This document shows, one piece after another, positions 23,641 through 35,280 of a stretch of DNA of 41,743 nt. The translations under genes and the position numbers were made by a program. Source of the stretch: Macrostomum lignano (Eukaryota); assembly GCA_002269645.1 (NCBI GenBank), contig NIVC01000259.1:1-41743 (forward strand). The letters are read 5' to 3'. The notes under the pieces were generated by a model that was not told the origin of the DNA, made no database searches, and saw nothing but the letters and a program-made list of their open reading frames with translations. Positions within the stretch are counted from its first letter, which is position 1; each line of letters begins with the position of its first letter.

Positions 23641-25610
23641 GCACGAAATTGGAATGCTATTTTTCACTTTATAAGTACTTTTTTGCCTACTCAGTAGCCA
23701 GGTGTGTTACAGTATAGTTATTTTATTTTGCTAATCCGCTGCACTCAGTGTAGCAATGTTATATCAATAGTAGCTGTACTTTAGGCTAAGAGTGCACGCT
23801 TTAGTCGCAATGATTCCCGCGAGTACAATGTAGTGTCTTACTATGTTACATAGTAATATGAATAGCGATGCCTACCGCTTTTTTTGTGGGTGAACTGCTC
23901 TTTTTCAAAAATTAAGCAGATTGAGAAGCGGGAATGGATGCATCGATCTGGATTTTTTGTGCGAGAATTAATGCATTAAGATTGAGGCAAGAACAGGGTA
24001 AAAAAGAAGATGAATTCGGTGTGGAGGCCCGGAAGTCGGAGACTGAGTAGGCATCGACTAAGGACATCGAAAACTAAAAGATGCATACTTTAATACATTT
24101 TCTTGCACTTAAGCCTTGTATACTTGAACAGACTTTTTGCGAAAGAATACTTGAAATGAAAAAATCCGTTCTTCCATGTGTTGCATAAAAACTGGTTCGT
24201 TTCTGCGTGTTTTGCATTTCTATTGCTTCTACGCTGACAGAAGACGGCTATAATTGCCTGATTATTTTCCGCTGTTCCTGCGCTTTCTGCAGAATTCCTC
24301 AAGGCTACAGAAGCCGTACTTATTCAGATATGAAAGTGTATCCCGGATCCCCAACTATTTTTGCACTTTTTTCACTGAGGCTCTTTAATAAACTTTGCAA
24401 AGCCACGTCGCTTGCACGCTTCTCCGGAATGAAGCGACCGATCTTCCTGGTCAGAACAGTGCTCAATGACCAGACGAAATTCCGTTTCAGCTTTAACTCT
24501 TGGTCATAATTTAAGGTTTTTAGCTCGCATAGTAACGCCTAGCGTTCCATAACACCCAGCATCTGTGCATCTCGGATGATGAATGAACCGCTTCAAATTG
24601 AAATTCAACCCCGCATGCAGCACTTCAAGTGTGTCTAAGCAAAAAATTGAGTCTTTATATTCTGAAGATACTATAGAGAATGAGAGAATAGAGAAAAGCC
24701 ACCATACCAAGCCCCAGTGCGGGTGCTTAAGGTTGCTGGAGTTCAATGGTCTTAAGCTACATGCCTCAGGACTTTTTGTGCGCATGGAGGCGTCAAAGAG
24801 GTAGGACGCATAGCATGGGAACAGCTGAGCTCTTTCTCACTGCTCCATGCAGCCCTATTTCGCATTCACTGCAGTCAGTTTTGAGCAAGTGTAAGAAAGG
24901 CTACTTTTAATGTTATAGAAAATTTCCCACCCGACGCAGTAGATTGACAGCTAAAAAAAGACTCAATCGAGCAATGCCTGCTTTTAGCTGCTAATTTTCA
25001 GCCTTTTTGTCTGCATGGAGCTGAACAGTCTTTTAATTTCTGTTTCAAGCTCTGGCAGAGCAGCCAAAGTAGGCATAACAAGGGCATTTATAGTTCAATC
25101 GGGAATAGGCAGGCAGTCAGTCTATTCACGCGGGTCGCTTGTGACTCGCGTCTCGCAGCAATTCAGAACTCACTAGAAGAGTGATGCTAGCGGGCAAAAA
25201 GTGCTGCAGCACTGCGAGACCTGCCCAAGTGGCGGCTGGGCTCGACTAAGCCAGTAGTGCCTAGTGCAACCAGTCACAATTGACACGTAAGCTTCATCTT
25301 TTGCTTCTACATCATCGCCCTTTTTGTTGTCTCTGGAGCTTCGAGTCTGCGCTCTTGACGTCACCCTCGCATACTTATTTGTCTCTCCCCTCTCAGACAG
25401 GCCTCACGCGGGGTTTGCGATTTTGCAGTAGCTATTCGAGCTTTAGCTGCCGAATCTAATTAATAAAACAAATTAGCCTTACTGTAACGCAGCGGGTCGC
25501 GTGCTGGGTCGAAAATTTACGAAACTGAAGGTACTGCTAATTCACACCTATAGTAAACAGGTATGTGGACGGGTCTCGACTGCAGAATAGAGACGCGATA
25601 CTGCTATGAT

Positions 25611-26145
25611 AACAGATAATGCTAATTGCTAATGCCATAGACTAACTGATAATGCTAATTGCTAATGTCATAGACTAACTGATAATGCTAATTGCTAATG
25701 CCATAGACTAACTGATAATGCTAATTGCTAATGTCATAGACTAACTGATAATGCTAATTGCTAATGTCATAGACTAACTGATAATGCTAATTGCTAATGC
25801 CATAGACTAACTGATAATGCTAATTGCTAATGTCATAGACTAACTGATAATGCTAATTGCTAATGTCATAGACTAACTGATAATGCTAATTGCTAATGCC
25901 ATAGACTAACTGATAATGCTAATTGCTAATGCCATAGACTAACTGATAATGCTAATTGCTAATGCCATAGACTAACTGATAATGCTAATTGCTAATGCCA
26001 TAGACTAACTGATAATGCTAATTGCTAATGCCATAGACTAACTGATAATGCTAATTGCTAATGCCATAGACTAACTGATAATGCTAATTGCTAATGCCAT
26101 AGACTAACTGATAATGCTAATTGCTAATGCCATAGACTAACTGAT
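25611..26145. repeat. 33-bp minisatellite, about 16 units
   Basis: Unit ACTAACTGATAATGCTAATTGCTAATG(C/T)CATAG. Confidence 0.97.
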
Positions 26146-27737
26146 AGACCAACATGGACTATCACTAAGAGCCATATTGCTCTTAAATTTTCAAACAATG
26201 CCTAGGAAATTTACTATTTTAGGATAAAAAGGGAAAAATTATCCGACTAGAATTAAAAACGAAATTTTCTGCTATTGTCTTATCGCACAATACACCTGCA
26301 GCTTCTACTATTGATGCTATACGTTTCCGTTGACTATATTTCTACCTTTTGTTAGGCTGTTTGCTTTTAAGGACGTTACTTGCATGATGAGGCATACAGC
26401 AAGCCCGACAGAGTCTCATTGCTGCTACCTCGATAGATTGGCTTCCTTTAGAGGGGGGGGGGAGGGTGCTCGGATTATGAGTGCACGATCTAAATCAACT
26501 ACTCTTTACTTCATTCAAATTGGTGCGCGGCCGTCAGCGTGGCAGCGTGGCCAGAGTGGCAAATATTTTATACAGGCACACCATAGAAAGCCATAGACAA
26601 CATAAATAAATCTGGTTTTAACTGCCAGCAATTTGGGCAATTTGAGTATAATGTTCGTGAAATAAACCGAATTGATAGAAAAAGAAATTGCATGGTGAGG
26701 TCAGTTCTTAGTCTAATGGTGAATATGAATTCTGCAACGCAAAAAATTCGACACAGTAAAAGGTATAGTTTCCTAGCGTTGAAACTTAAGCTAGCTATTA
26801 TTCTACTTACGAATATTGGACGTTTGAAGGCCGAATGTACGAGAGTAGAGAAATGTCCATGGTCTCTTGGTGTCATCTGTTGAACGTCCAGAAGCTCCGC
26901 CTGGGTGAAGGCCAGTGACCAACGAAGTTAGAGCTGATGCAGACGCATGTGGTCGTCGTGCTGATGAAAGTTGGAGGCTTGGCAAGGCTGCACTGAGGCG
27001 CAGTGCTGTCGACCTTCTGGCAGAATCATTGAATATCTCGACGTTCCAGAGGGCTGGCGACTTGATTATTGATTAAGAAAGTTTGCAGCAAAAAGTTGTG
27101 AATTCCGTGTGCCTGCGTTGCTACGTTCCGGCGCAGCAAAGTTTTTGTTGGGTCAAATTCTAATCCTTACAAGCTCTTGCTTTGAATACGGTAGTGAAGG
27201 TGTGCCAAGCTATAGTCGTAGTTAAAATTAATAATTGGTACAGCTGCAGAGCAAGTAAGGAATAAGCATTATGCAAACAGTCTGGCTCTGTTTTCTCAGC
27301 CAAAATTGGAGGGAAAGTAAAGCCTGCCAATATGTTGAACCAACGCCGGCAATGGAAGCATGGAAGCTGTCTCAGCTGATGAAGCAGACAGACTCCTTTA
27401 TGCGGCTGCTAAGCACAAATCATGTCGCTATGTAAGCTTGGGAAGGGGCCGCCTCCTTCCTTCCTGTCGTGCTTGCAAAGAGAAATTGAATTGAAAACAG
27501 ACAGCACCGGCTTAAATAATTCAAAACTAACTGGTGCTGGCTGCAACAGGCTCCAGGGGTAGAACTTTACCATTTTTCCTCTCTGAAAATCTGATAGACC
27601 AGCGTGGAAGTCAACCAAATCAGAAGACTCCTTAGAGACACAGAGACTCCTCAATGTCGTTCGAGTGTTCTGTTTGACAGCCAGTTTTAAGTTCGAGACA
27701 AGGACAGCAACTTCTCCCTGCTTCAAGAGAACTCATT

Positions 27738-28320
27738 TCTGCAACAGTAGCTAACTCTGCAACAGTAGCTAACTCTGCAACAGTAGCTAACTCTGCAACA
27801 GTAGCTAACTCTGCAACAGTAGCTAACTCTGCAACAGTAGCTAACTCTGCAACAGTAGCTAACTCTGCAACAGTAGCTAACTCTGCAACAGTAGCTAACT
27901 CTGCAACAGTAGCTAACTCTGCAACAGTAGCTAACTCTGCAACAGTAGCTAACTCTGCAACAGTAGCTTACTCTACAACAGTAGCTAACTCTGCAACAGT
28001 AGCTAACTCTGCAACAGTAGCTAACTCTGCAACAGTAGCTAACTCTGCAACAGTAGCTAACTCTGCAACAGTAGCTAACTCTGCAACAGTAGCTTACTCT
28101 ACAACAGTAGCTAACTCTGCAACAGTAGCTAACTCTGCAACAGTAGCTAACTCTGCAACAGTAGCTAACTCTGCAACAGTAGCTAACTCTGCAACAGTAG
28201 CTAACTCTGCAACAGTAGCTTACTCTACAACAGTAGCTAACTCTGCAACAGTAGTAGCTACAAACTCAATAGCTAACTCTCATCTCTGCAACAGTAGCTT
28301 ACTCTTAACCTTGCAACAGT
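27738..28320. repeat. 18-bp minisatellite, about 30 units, with a 126-bp higher-order period
   Basis: Unit CTCTGCAACAGTAGCTAA. Linked variants recur at 27969/27975, 28095/28101 and 28221/28227. Confidence 0.97.
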
Positions 28321-30128
28321 AGTTAATTCTCAACTCTGCGACTCTGCAAGAGCGACAAGCGGCCCAAGCGACCTGTTGCGCCATTGGCGACTCCAGCTGG
28401 CAAACAACATAATTTGGTGCAGGAAGGTGCCCGGAATCCGCGCCCTGCTGCTCCTATTTTAAGACCCCAACTGACAGCGTATTTCTTTTTTGTTGTTGTT
28501 GACTATAAACTCTGCGGCAACATAATTGCAATCTAAGCAGAAATTCAGGAACAGGAAGACACAAAACTCTCGGTTGTTTAGGTCGCAAATTCTCGCCAAC
28601 TTTGCCGAGCCACACTTGAGCGCTCGGCTCCCCACAGCTCAGGTGCTTGAAGGCAAACAGAAAAACCGAGAGCAAGAGCACGACTTACCACCCAGAGGGT
28701 GAAACTGAGAGACGAGAACGGAAGAGAAAGAGAGACAGGGAGAGAGAGAGAGTGACGAGACAAGAGAGAGCATTTTCTCTCTAGGCCATAGATTCTGCAT
28801 GGCAACTAGTGCAAACACCGCGGGCCGGTTAAACAGACAGCATTGGCAGTTACGTGTTGCCACAGTAAACATGCCTCTCAGAACCACCGAAGCCTAACAA
28901 CGAAAAGCCAGTTCTGGCTGCCGCTCGCTGCTCGCACAGAAACAGATGCTAAAGTGCCAAAGACCTCTCGAAAAGCAAAAAAAGCTTGCTTTATAAAGCT
29001 AGAGAGTACTTTTTACGAGTATCGTCTGTCGAGGAGGCATTACAGTCTCGCGTTCATCAGTAGTCACTCGCTAATGAATTGATTAGCCATAGTGTGTGCT
29101 AATTGGTCAATTCAATCGAACTATTGTTTTGTCCAGCACTTAAATTCAGTATTTACCTTGCCGTGTCTGAATGGCACTTTAGTGTCTAGCAAACATCTGT
29201 ATGGAAGAGACAACCAGAAATATAAGGCAAATGTACTTCAGAGAACGGTGCACGGAGTTGGTGTCAATGCTACAACTTTCGTTTATTTGAGAAACGATGC
29301 AAGTTTTTAATTGAATTGACACAAAATAGCATAAAACGTCACAATCGTATGTACGAGTATGTTATTTATTTTCTACAAAAAAATATTCCTAAACATACTG
29401 CTTAAATTAGTAATATCAGATATAAAGATATTTCCTTCATAGTTCAGGCGGTAATCTTTTCAAAAGCCACGCTTACCTTGTAGTTAGTACGAGGCCTTTG
29501 ACGCAAAATTTGAAACCTAACTATAAAAACAGTACAGGGGATGACGGGACATGTCAACAACCTCAAAGAGTCAACTTTCGCATGTTAAAGTACTCGTAGA
29601 TTATGCTGATCCAACGATCCCAACACACAGTATAACATAATACTCGTTAGCTCCGCTCGTTAGGCCAAAGATTGCTCAAATCAGTTTTAAAATGTGTCCA
29701 AACCAACTGTACATTGAGTCAGCTATTGTCAATAATGTTATGAACCGGCCCTTAAATGCGTCTTAAAATTTGCGAACTTGATTTAAGCAATGCAAGTTTA
29801 CAAGTCAAGCAGCAGTAAGACGATAAGATAAGACGAGTATCAAAAATTTCGCAAACAATTAAGATAAGAAACAATATGCATCGGTGGCTCTAGCGTTGAG
29901 GTGTTGAAAACTGAGTAAACACCAAGTCAGTGCGCCCATTTACCCCGAGCAAGGAGACTCATGTACATCTGTTGATTCAGGCGGTGTCAAATGCTGGCCA
30001 TTCTCTACCCTTCTATTAAGCTAACCGAGAAAGCATTCCGCCTCTTTCTCAGCCTTGTTAACAGCGGCCCCGCACAAGCAGACACGCGGAACACCCGATT
30101 AACCCACAGACTTGCGAATCGCAGTGTA

Positions 30129-31116
30129 ATGCCAGCCGAAACCGAGGAGATTCCCGAGATCGACATGTCGCAGCAGTCGGAGGCCGTGGTTGCTGAGCAG
30201 CTGGTGTCGGCGCTCACCACCGTCGGCTTCTGCTATGCGGTCGGCCACGGCGTCCCGCAGGAGACGGTGGCGTCCGCCTTCGCCGAGTCGGCCGGCTTCT
30301 TCGAGCGTCCGCTGTCCGAGAAGCTGCGGCACCGTCGCGACTGGCGCAAGTCGACCTGCGGCTACATCCCGCCTCACTGGGCCAGCACCGGTGACCCGGA
30401 CGAGCCTCCCGTCGAGCGGTTCAGCCTCGACGCTCCGCCGGACGAGAAGGAGGTGCTGGACGTGTGCCACACCTGTGACGACACCGTCTGGCCCTCGAAG
30501 TCATTCCGGAAGGCTTCGCTGGACCTCATCAGCGCGGCTCAGGTAAGTTGAGTCTGATACAGTCACCATTATTCACCGTTATTCACTACTCAGCTACAGC
30601 TATTTTTCCGACGCTCCCCGCAGGACCTGACGCTGCGCCTTGTGCGTCTAATCGGCCGGGGCCTCGGCCTCAGCCCTCCCGACCAGCTGGCTGACGCCTT
30701 CGCGGGATTCGCTACGCCCGGAAACACCAGCGAGCTGCGCATGCTGCACTACCCGCCGCTGCCACCGGTGACTGACGGCACAGTCTGTGGAGACAGGTGC
30801 GGAGAGCACACTGACTATGGAATCATCACGCTGGTGTTCTGCGACTCGCAGCCCGGACTGCAGGTGAGAAGTTGCTGTTTCTACTATCGGTAATAAACAA
30901 CTCACGTCCTGAGCGCCTGATATTCGAGCAGTTTGATGTCTGATGTTCGATGTCTCCTGACACATGCTTAGTAATTGAAAAATCTCTTTATTATCTCTTT
31001 TTTGTCCCCTAAATCTCTTTATTAGGACTAAGTATTGGAGGGGGGCAATGCGGACAAAATCTTAGGGAACAGATGTACCCCTGTATGTTTGATAATAATA
31101 AATAATAATAGTAGTA

Positions 31117-31147
<31 letters not shown>

Positions 31148-32021
31148 TATTAATAATAATAATACTAACTGATAACACCTGCCCTAATGGGCAGATGTGC
31201 AACCGACAGCTCAGCCGCAGCTATTGTCCAAGGACTGGGGGGTCGCCACACGCACCCTCAATTACCCCAGCTAATGCTGGCACCCATTTTACAGCTGGGT
31301 GAACTGAAGCAATGCAGACGGAAGTATCTTGCTTAAGGACACAAATTGTTTCAGTGGGATCGGGAATCGAACCCCCGACCTTCAAGTCGTGAGTGACGCT
31401 CAGACCACTAGAAAACCTACAAGGACACAAATTGTTCCGAGTGGGATCGGAAATCGAACCCCCGACCTTCAAGTCGTGAGTTCGACTCTCTAACGACTAG
31501 AAAACCTACAAGAAAAATAAGCTTTTGATATGCAGTTACCATCGAAACGTTTTGGTCGCGTAAATCTCTTTAGACATTATTCGTTCGCATCTCTTATACA
31601 GCTTTGTTAGCCGCCTAATTCGTACTGTTTTTTCAAAGAGAATTCGCATGATCGTGAACCTAGAAAAAACACCACCATCCTCACCTGTCAGGTGCTGTCC
31701 CGGTCTGCCCGCTACCTTGACGCGAACCCGCGTCCCGGTCGCGTCCTGGTGAACATCGGCGACCTCATGCAGCGCTGGACTGGCGGTCGGCTACACTCCG
31801 CCAGGCACCGAGTGCTGGCACCGACTGACCCGAAGCTGCGCTCCCAGCCTCGCTACAGCTTGGTGTACTTCACGCAGTGCGACGACGAGTACATTGTCCG
31901 ACCGTTGCTAGGAGACCCGGACAGCTTCCCGCCGGTGAAGACCGGTGAGCACATGCGCAGGCGCTTCGAAGAGACCTTCCTGCTGGGCCAGGGCATCGAC
32001 CCGCAGCTGCCGCCGCTCTGA
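30129..32021 (+). CDS. 2-oxoglutarate/Fe(II) dioxygenase (IPNS/DIOX_N-like), copy A, 327 aa
   Basis: join(30129..30542,30624..30863,31692..32021) = 984 nt, phase-0 introns. IPEIDMS...LTTVGFCYAVGHGV (DIOX_N); LRMLHYPP, GEHTDYG (HxD), VLVNIGDLMQRWTGG.LHSARHRV (distal His), RYS (RxS). Confidence 0.92.
31092..31512 (-). mobile_element. tRNA-derived CORE-type SINE with a duplicated 5' head and an (AAT)n tail, in intron 2 of dioxygenase A
   Basis: Minus strand: tRNA-like head with B box GGTTCGATTCC (twice); CORE-like TGTGTCCTTAAGCAAGATACTT...CATTGCTTCAGTTCACCCAGCTGTAAAATGGGTG (31281-31343); simple-repeat tail at 31092-31164. Confidence 0.85.
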
Positions 32022-32387
32022 CCAGGGCCGAAACCAACGATGGAAATGCTGCCGTTACTTGAACTGTTGATTTCCACTCAATACCAATTAGAATGCTGTT
32101 TGGTACCCAGAAATTCCCACATGCACTAATAGTGTTTGAATATTTCTGTCCTTTTGTCGCGTTAATTTAGTAGATGCAATGATACAATTCATCTTTATGC
32201 ATAAATTAGCGTAACATTATTCTCAATGATTACCGTGTGTTACCATTAGGTATTTTCAGATTTGCCTCATTTTTTCTAAAAAGTAAATTTTGTTAAAGTT
32301 GCGAATTTTCTTTAGGTAAACTGCTTCTTGTTACCATGAATATACTCGGCATCATTATATTTTTTTAAATAAAAATTTCTTAAAGCC

Positions 32388-32550
32388 TTGACAAAAGCCT
32401 TAGCCCCTGATAATATTTTGCAGTGCATGGGGCGGACAAGCCTGAATTCTACAGAACAGCATCTGTACTTGGCGTATGACCTTCTTTTGTCTGAGCGCAC
32501 AGCTTATTTCTGTCACCATCGAATTATTTGGCATCAATGGAAAAAAAGAC
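32388..32550 (+). mobile_element. Possible highly decayed LINE reverse-transcriptase fragment
   Basis: KALTKALAPDNI...LYLAYDLLL...WKK loosely resembles the K-x-PGPD-x-I...LFN...KK region at the start of LINE RT domains. The similarity is weak. Confidence 0.25.
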
Positions 32551-33280
32551 TCTTCCATTTTAAATTTACCTCGTATACGCATAAAAACAGTTTGCAGTTT
32601 AGCTTGTACATGCTTTATATGCTCTCAGCTAAATCAACTAGAATTACTTTTAGCGTTCAGACTCGTGTGTTTCAAGACTTCATATTGAAATTTCATATCA
32701 ACAAAACTTCATATCCGAAACTTCATATCTCAGTTGGGATTAAGGCTATGGTTAGGGTTAGGTTTAGGCTTGCCGGGCATATGAAAGGTTCGAAGATATA
32801 AAAGGTTCCTAAAAATCAATGAAGACACACGACGGAACAACCAGAGCTTGAATTAGCTCATTTGCCGTTCTATTTTTGTCAGTAAAAGAGACGGAGAACT
32901 GTCGCATAGAGAGGAGGGAGTGGAATGTCACTCGCGCATGCTTGAAGGACCGATAAGAACAAGAAGAAACTGGCTGGAGTAGAGAAGATCGAGGGAAGGA
33001 CGCCGAAGCAGCGCTGTTGTACAGCTGGAGTGCATCCATTATTCACCCGCTATAGGACAGGTGTGCAATGCAACTCCGTCACCGCAGTCTATTCCGTCAC
33101 TGTCTGCATAGCCATTGACTAATCCGGGCCATTGACGGCAGACTCTCCGCTCCCTCCCTGCACCGCCAAGCAGCAAGGCCTCCCCTCCGCGTACAAAAGC
33201 AGAGCCCAGTGCAAAGCGGCCCCGCACAAGCAGACACGCGGAACACCCGATTAACCCACAGACTTGCGAATCGCAACGAA

Positions 33281-34586
33281 ATGCCAGCTGAAACTGAGGA
33301 GATTCCCGAGATCGACATGTCGCAGCAGTCGGAGGCCGTGGTTGCTGAGCAGCTGGTGTCGGCGCTCACCACAGTCGGCTTCTGCTACGCGGTCGGCCAC
33401 GGCGTCCCGCAGGAGACGGTGGCGTCCGCCTTCACCGAGTCGGCCGGCTTCTTCGAGCGTCCGCTGTCCGAGAAGCTGCGGCACCGTCGTGACTGGCGCA
33501 AGTCGACCTGCGGCTACATCCCGCCTCACTGGGCCAGCACCAGCGACCCGGACGAGCCTCCCGTCGAGCGGTTCAGCCTCGACGCTCCGCCAGACGAGAA
33601 GGAGGTGCTGGACGTGTGCCACACCTGTGACGACACCGTCTGGCCCTCGGAGTCGTTCCGGAAGGCTTCGCTGGACCTCATCAGCGCGGCTCAGGTAAGT
33701 TGAGTCTGACGCATCGGAATTGCAGCTTAAGCAGTGCACAGACCCTCAGACGTTTCTCACCTACTCTGCATCATTAAGTAGCTCAGAGCTGCTACCGACA
33801 ATAACAAAAATTTGCTGCTCAAAAGTCTGAACTTAAAACAGAGGAGCAGCGTCACAAGGCGCTCCTAAAACCGAGTGCAGGACGCCAGCGTCTGATCAGC
33901 ATCCAGCCACCCATCACCTCAGTAACTCTTATTGACGCTCCTCGCAGGACCTGACGCTGCGCCTGATGCGTCTGATCGGCGGGGGCCTCGGCCTCAGCCC
34001 TCCTGACCAGCTGGCCGACGCCTTCGTGGGATTCCCCACGCCGGCGAACACAAGCCAGCTGCGCATGCTGCACTACCCGCCGCTGTCCACCGATACCAAT
34101 GGGTCCGCCAGCGGCGACCGATGCGGAGAGCACACCGACTACGGTTGCATCACGCTGGTGTTCTGCGACTCGCAGCCCGGACTGCAGGTGAGCTTCCATG
34201 CTGCTTCACTTGTTTGACGCTTTCTGTGTCTGAAACATTTGCCATTGTCCTCGTCAGGTGCTGTCCAGGACTGGTCGCTACCTTGACGCGAACCCGCGTC
34301 CTGGTCGCGTCCTGGTGAACATCGGCGACCTCATGCAGCGCTGGACTGGCGGTCGGCTGCACTCCGCCAGACACCGAGTGCTGGCACCGACTGACCCGAA
34401 GCTGCGCTCCAGCCTCGCTACAGCCTGGTGTACTTCACGCACTGTGACGACGATTTCACTGTCCGACCGTTGCTAGGAGACCCGGACAGCTTCCCGCCGG
34501 TGAAGACCGGTGAGCACATGCGCAGGCGCTTCGAAGAGACCTTCCAGCTGGGCCAGGGCATCGACCCGCAGCTGCCGCCGCTCTGA
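33281..34586 (+). pseudogene. 2OG-Fe(II) dioxygenase copy B, tandem paralogue with a 1-nt deletion in exon 3 (pseudogene or sequencing error)
   Basis: join(33281..33694,33948..34187,34258..34586). Exons are 414/240/329 nt versus 414/240/330 nt in copy A. CGCTCCAGCCT near 34406-34415 replaces CGCTCCCAGCCT and shifts the frame just before RYS. Confidence 0.8.
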
Positions 34587-35209
34587 CCGAAGCGAACCAC
34601 CTGATGAAGACAGGAGTTTCTGGTTGGTAGGCGGCATCCCTACCTGCTCTATATTTAACCGTGGGTTCCGATCCAACCAAGACAATCAAATGCTGTGGGG
34701 CGTAAGGCTTGCAGATGGAGAACAATTGGTGAATTTATTTATTCTGAGTGCATTCAAAAATCTTGTCTAAAAATGCATATGAGCGTAGTTACGCTCGTAT
34801 TCTACTATTCTTAAGCGTTGCCTCCTAAAACAACCAAGTGGCTCCCAAATTGGAGACCCTCTTTGATTCATTGCAATTTTTGTCAACAATATTTACTCTT
34901 GCCAAATAAAATTGCACTTGATAATAATCAGACTCTGTTTACAATGCGTCATTGTTCCAAATGCTATCAACATATTGCAGAACAAGCAATGTAAATAGCG
35001 GTCGTGCTAAAGCCAACCATAAATGATAAGAAATCTGGACAGGAAATGACAGAGGCCAATCTCTGAGCTGAAACAATGCAGTGATAATGGGGGTCTCGGC
35101 CTGCGTCTGCTCTGTTTCTGGCCAGCGGTTTTTGTCGCGTCGCAGATTAGCATTTCAGCGCTGATCTGATAATCATTAAAAGCGAATGCATGCTGCTGAG
35201 TGCGAGGAG

Positions 35210-35280
35210 GACGCTGTGGCACAACGGTATCGCATCGTTCTCTTATCCAGGAGGACCTGGGCTCGATTCCTGGTGTAACT
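35210..35280 (+). other. tRNA-like Pol III promoter remnant (SINE head or tRNA pseudogene)
   Basis: A-box-like TGGCACAACGG and B-box-like GGCTCGATTCC at tRNA-like spacing. No clean cloverleaf. Confidence 0.4.

Noticed and set aside
21228-23667. Long antisense and alternate-frame ORFs over TTLL2 (also over RALBP1, the dioxygenases and CCDC181)
   Set aside because: Expected shadows of GC-rich, codon-biased exons, with no recognisable domains.
24207-27726. Scattered 60-105 codon ORFs (24207, 24583, 26568, 27409)
   Set aside because: No motifs, no consistent strand or phase chain, and mostly non-ATG starts.
32690-32810. GTTAGGGTTAGGTTTAGG as interstitial telomere
   Set aside because: Only about two imperfect TTAGGG units, flanked by loose inverted TTCATAT/ATATGAA motifs. 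More likely part of a small repeat, and too short to call.
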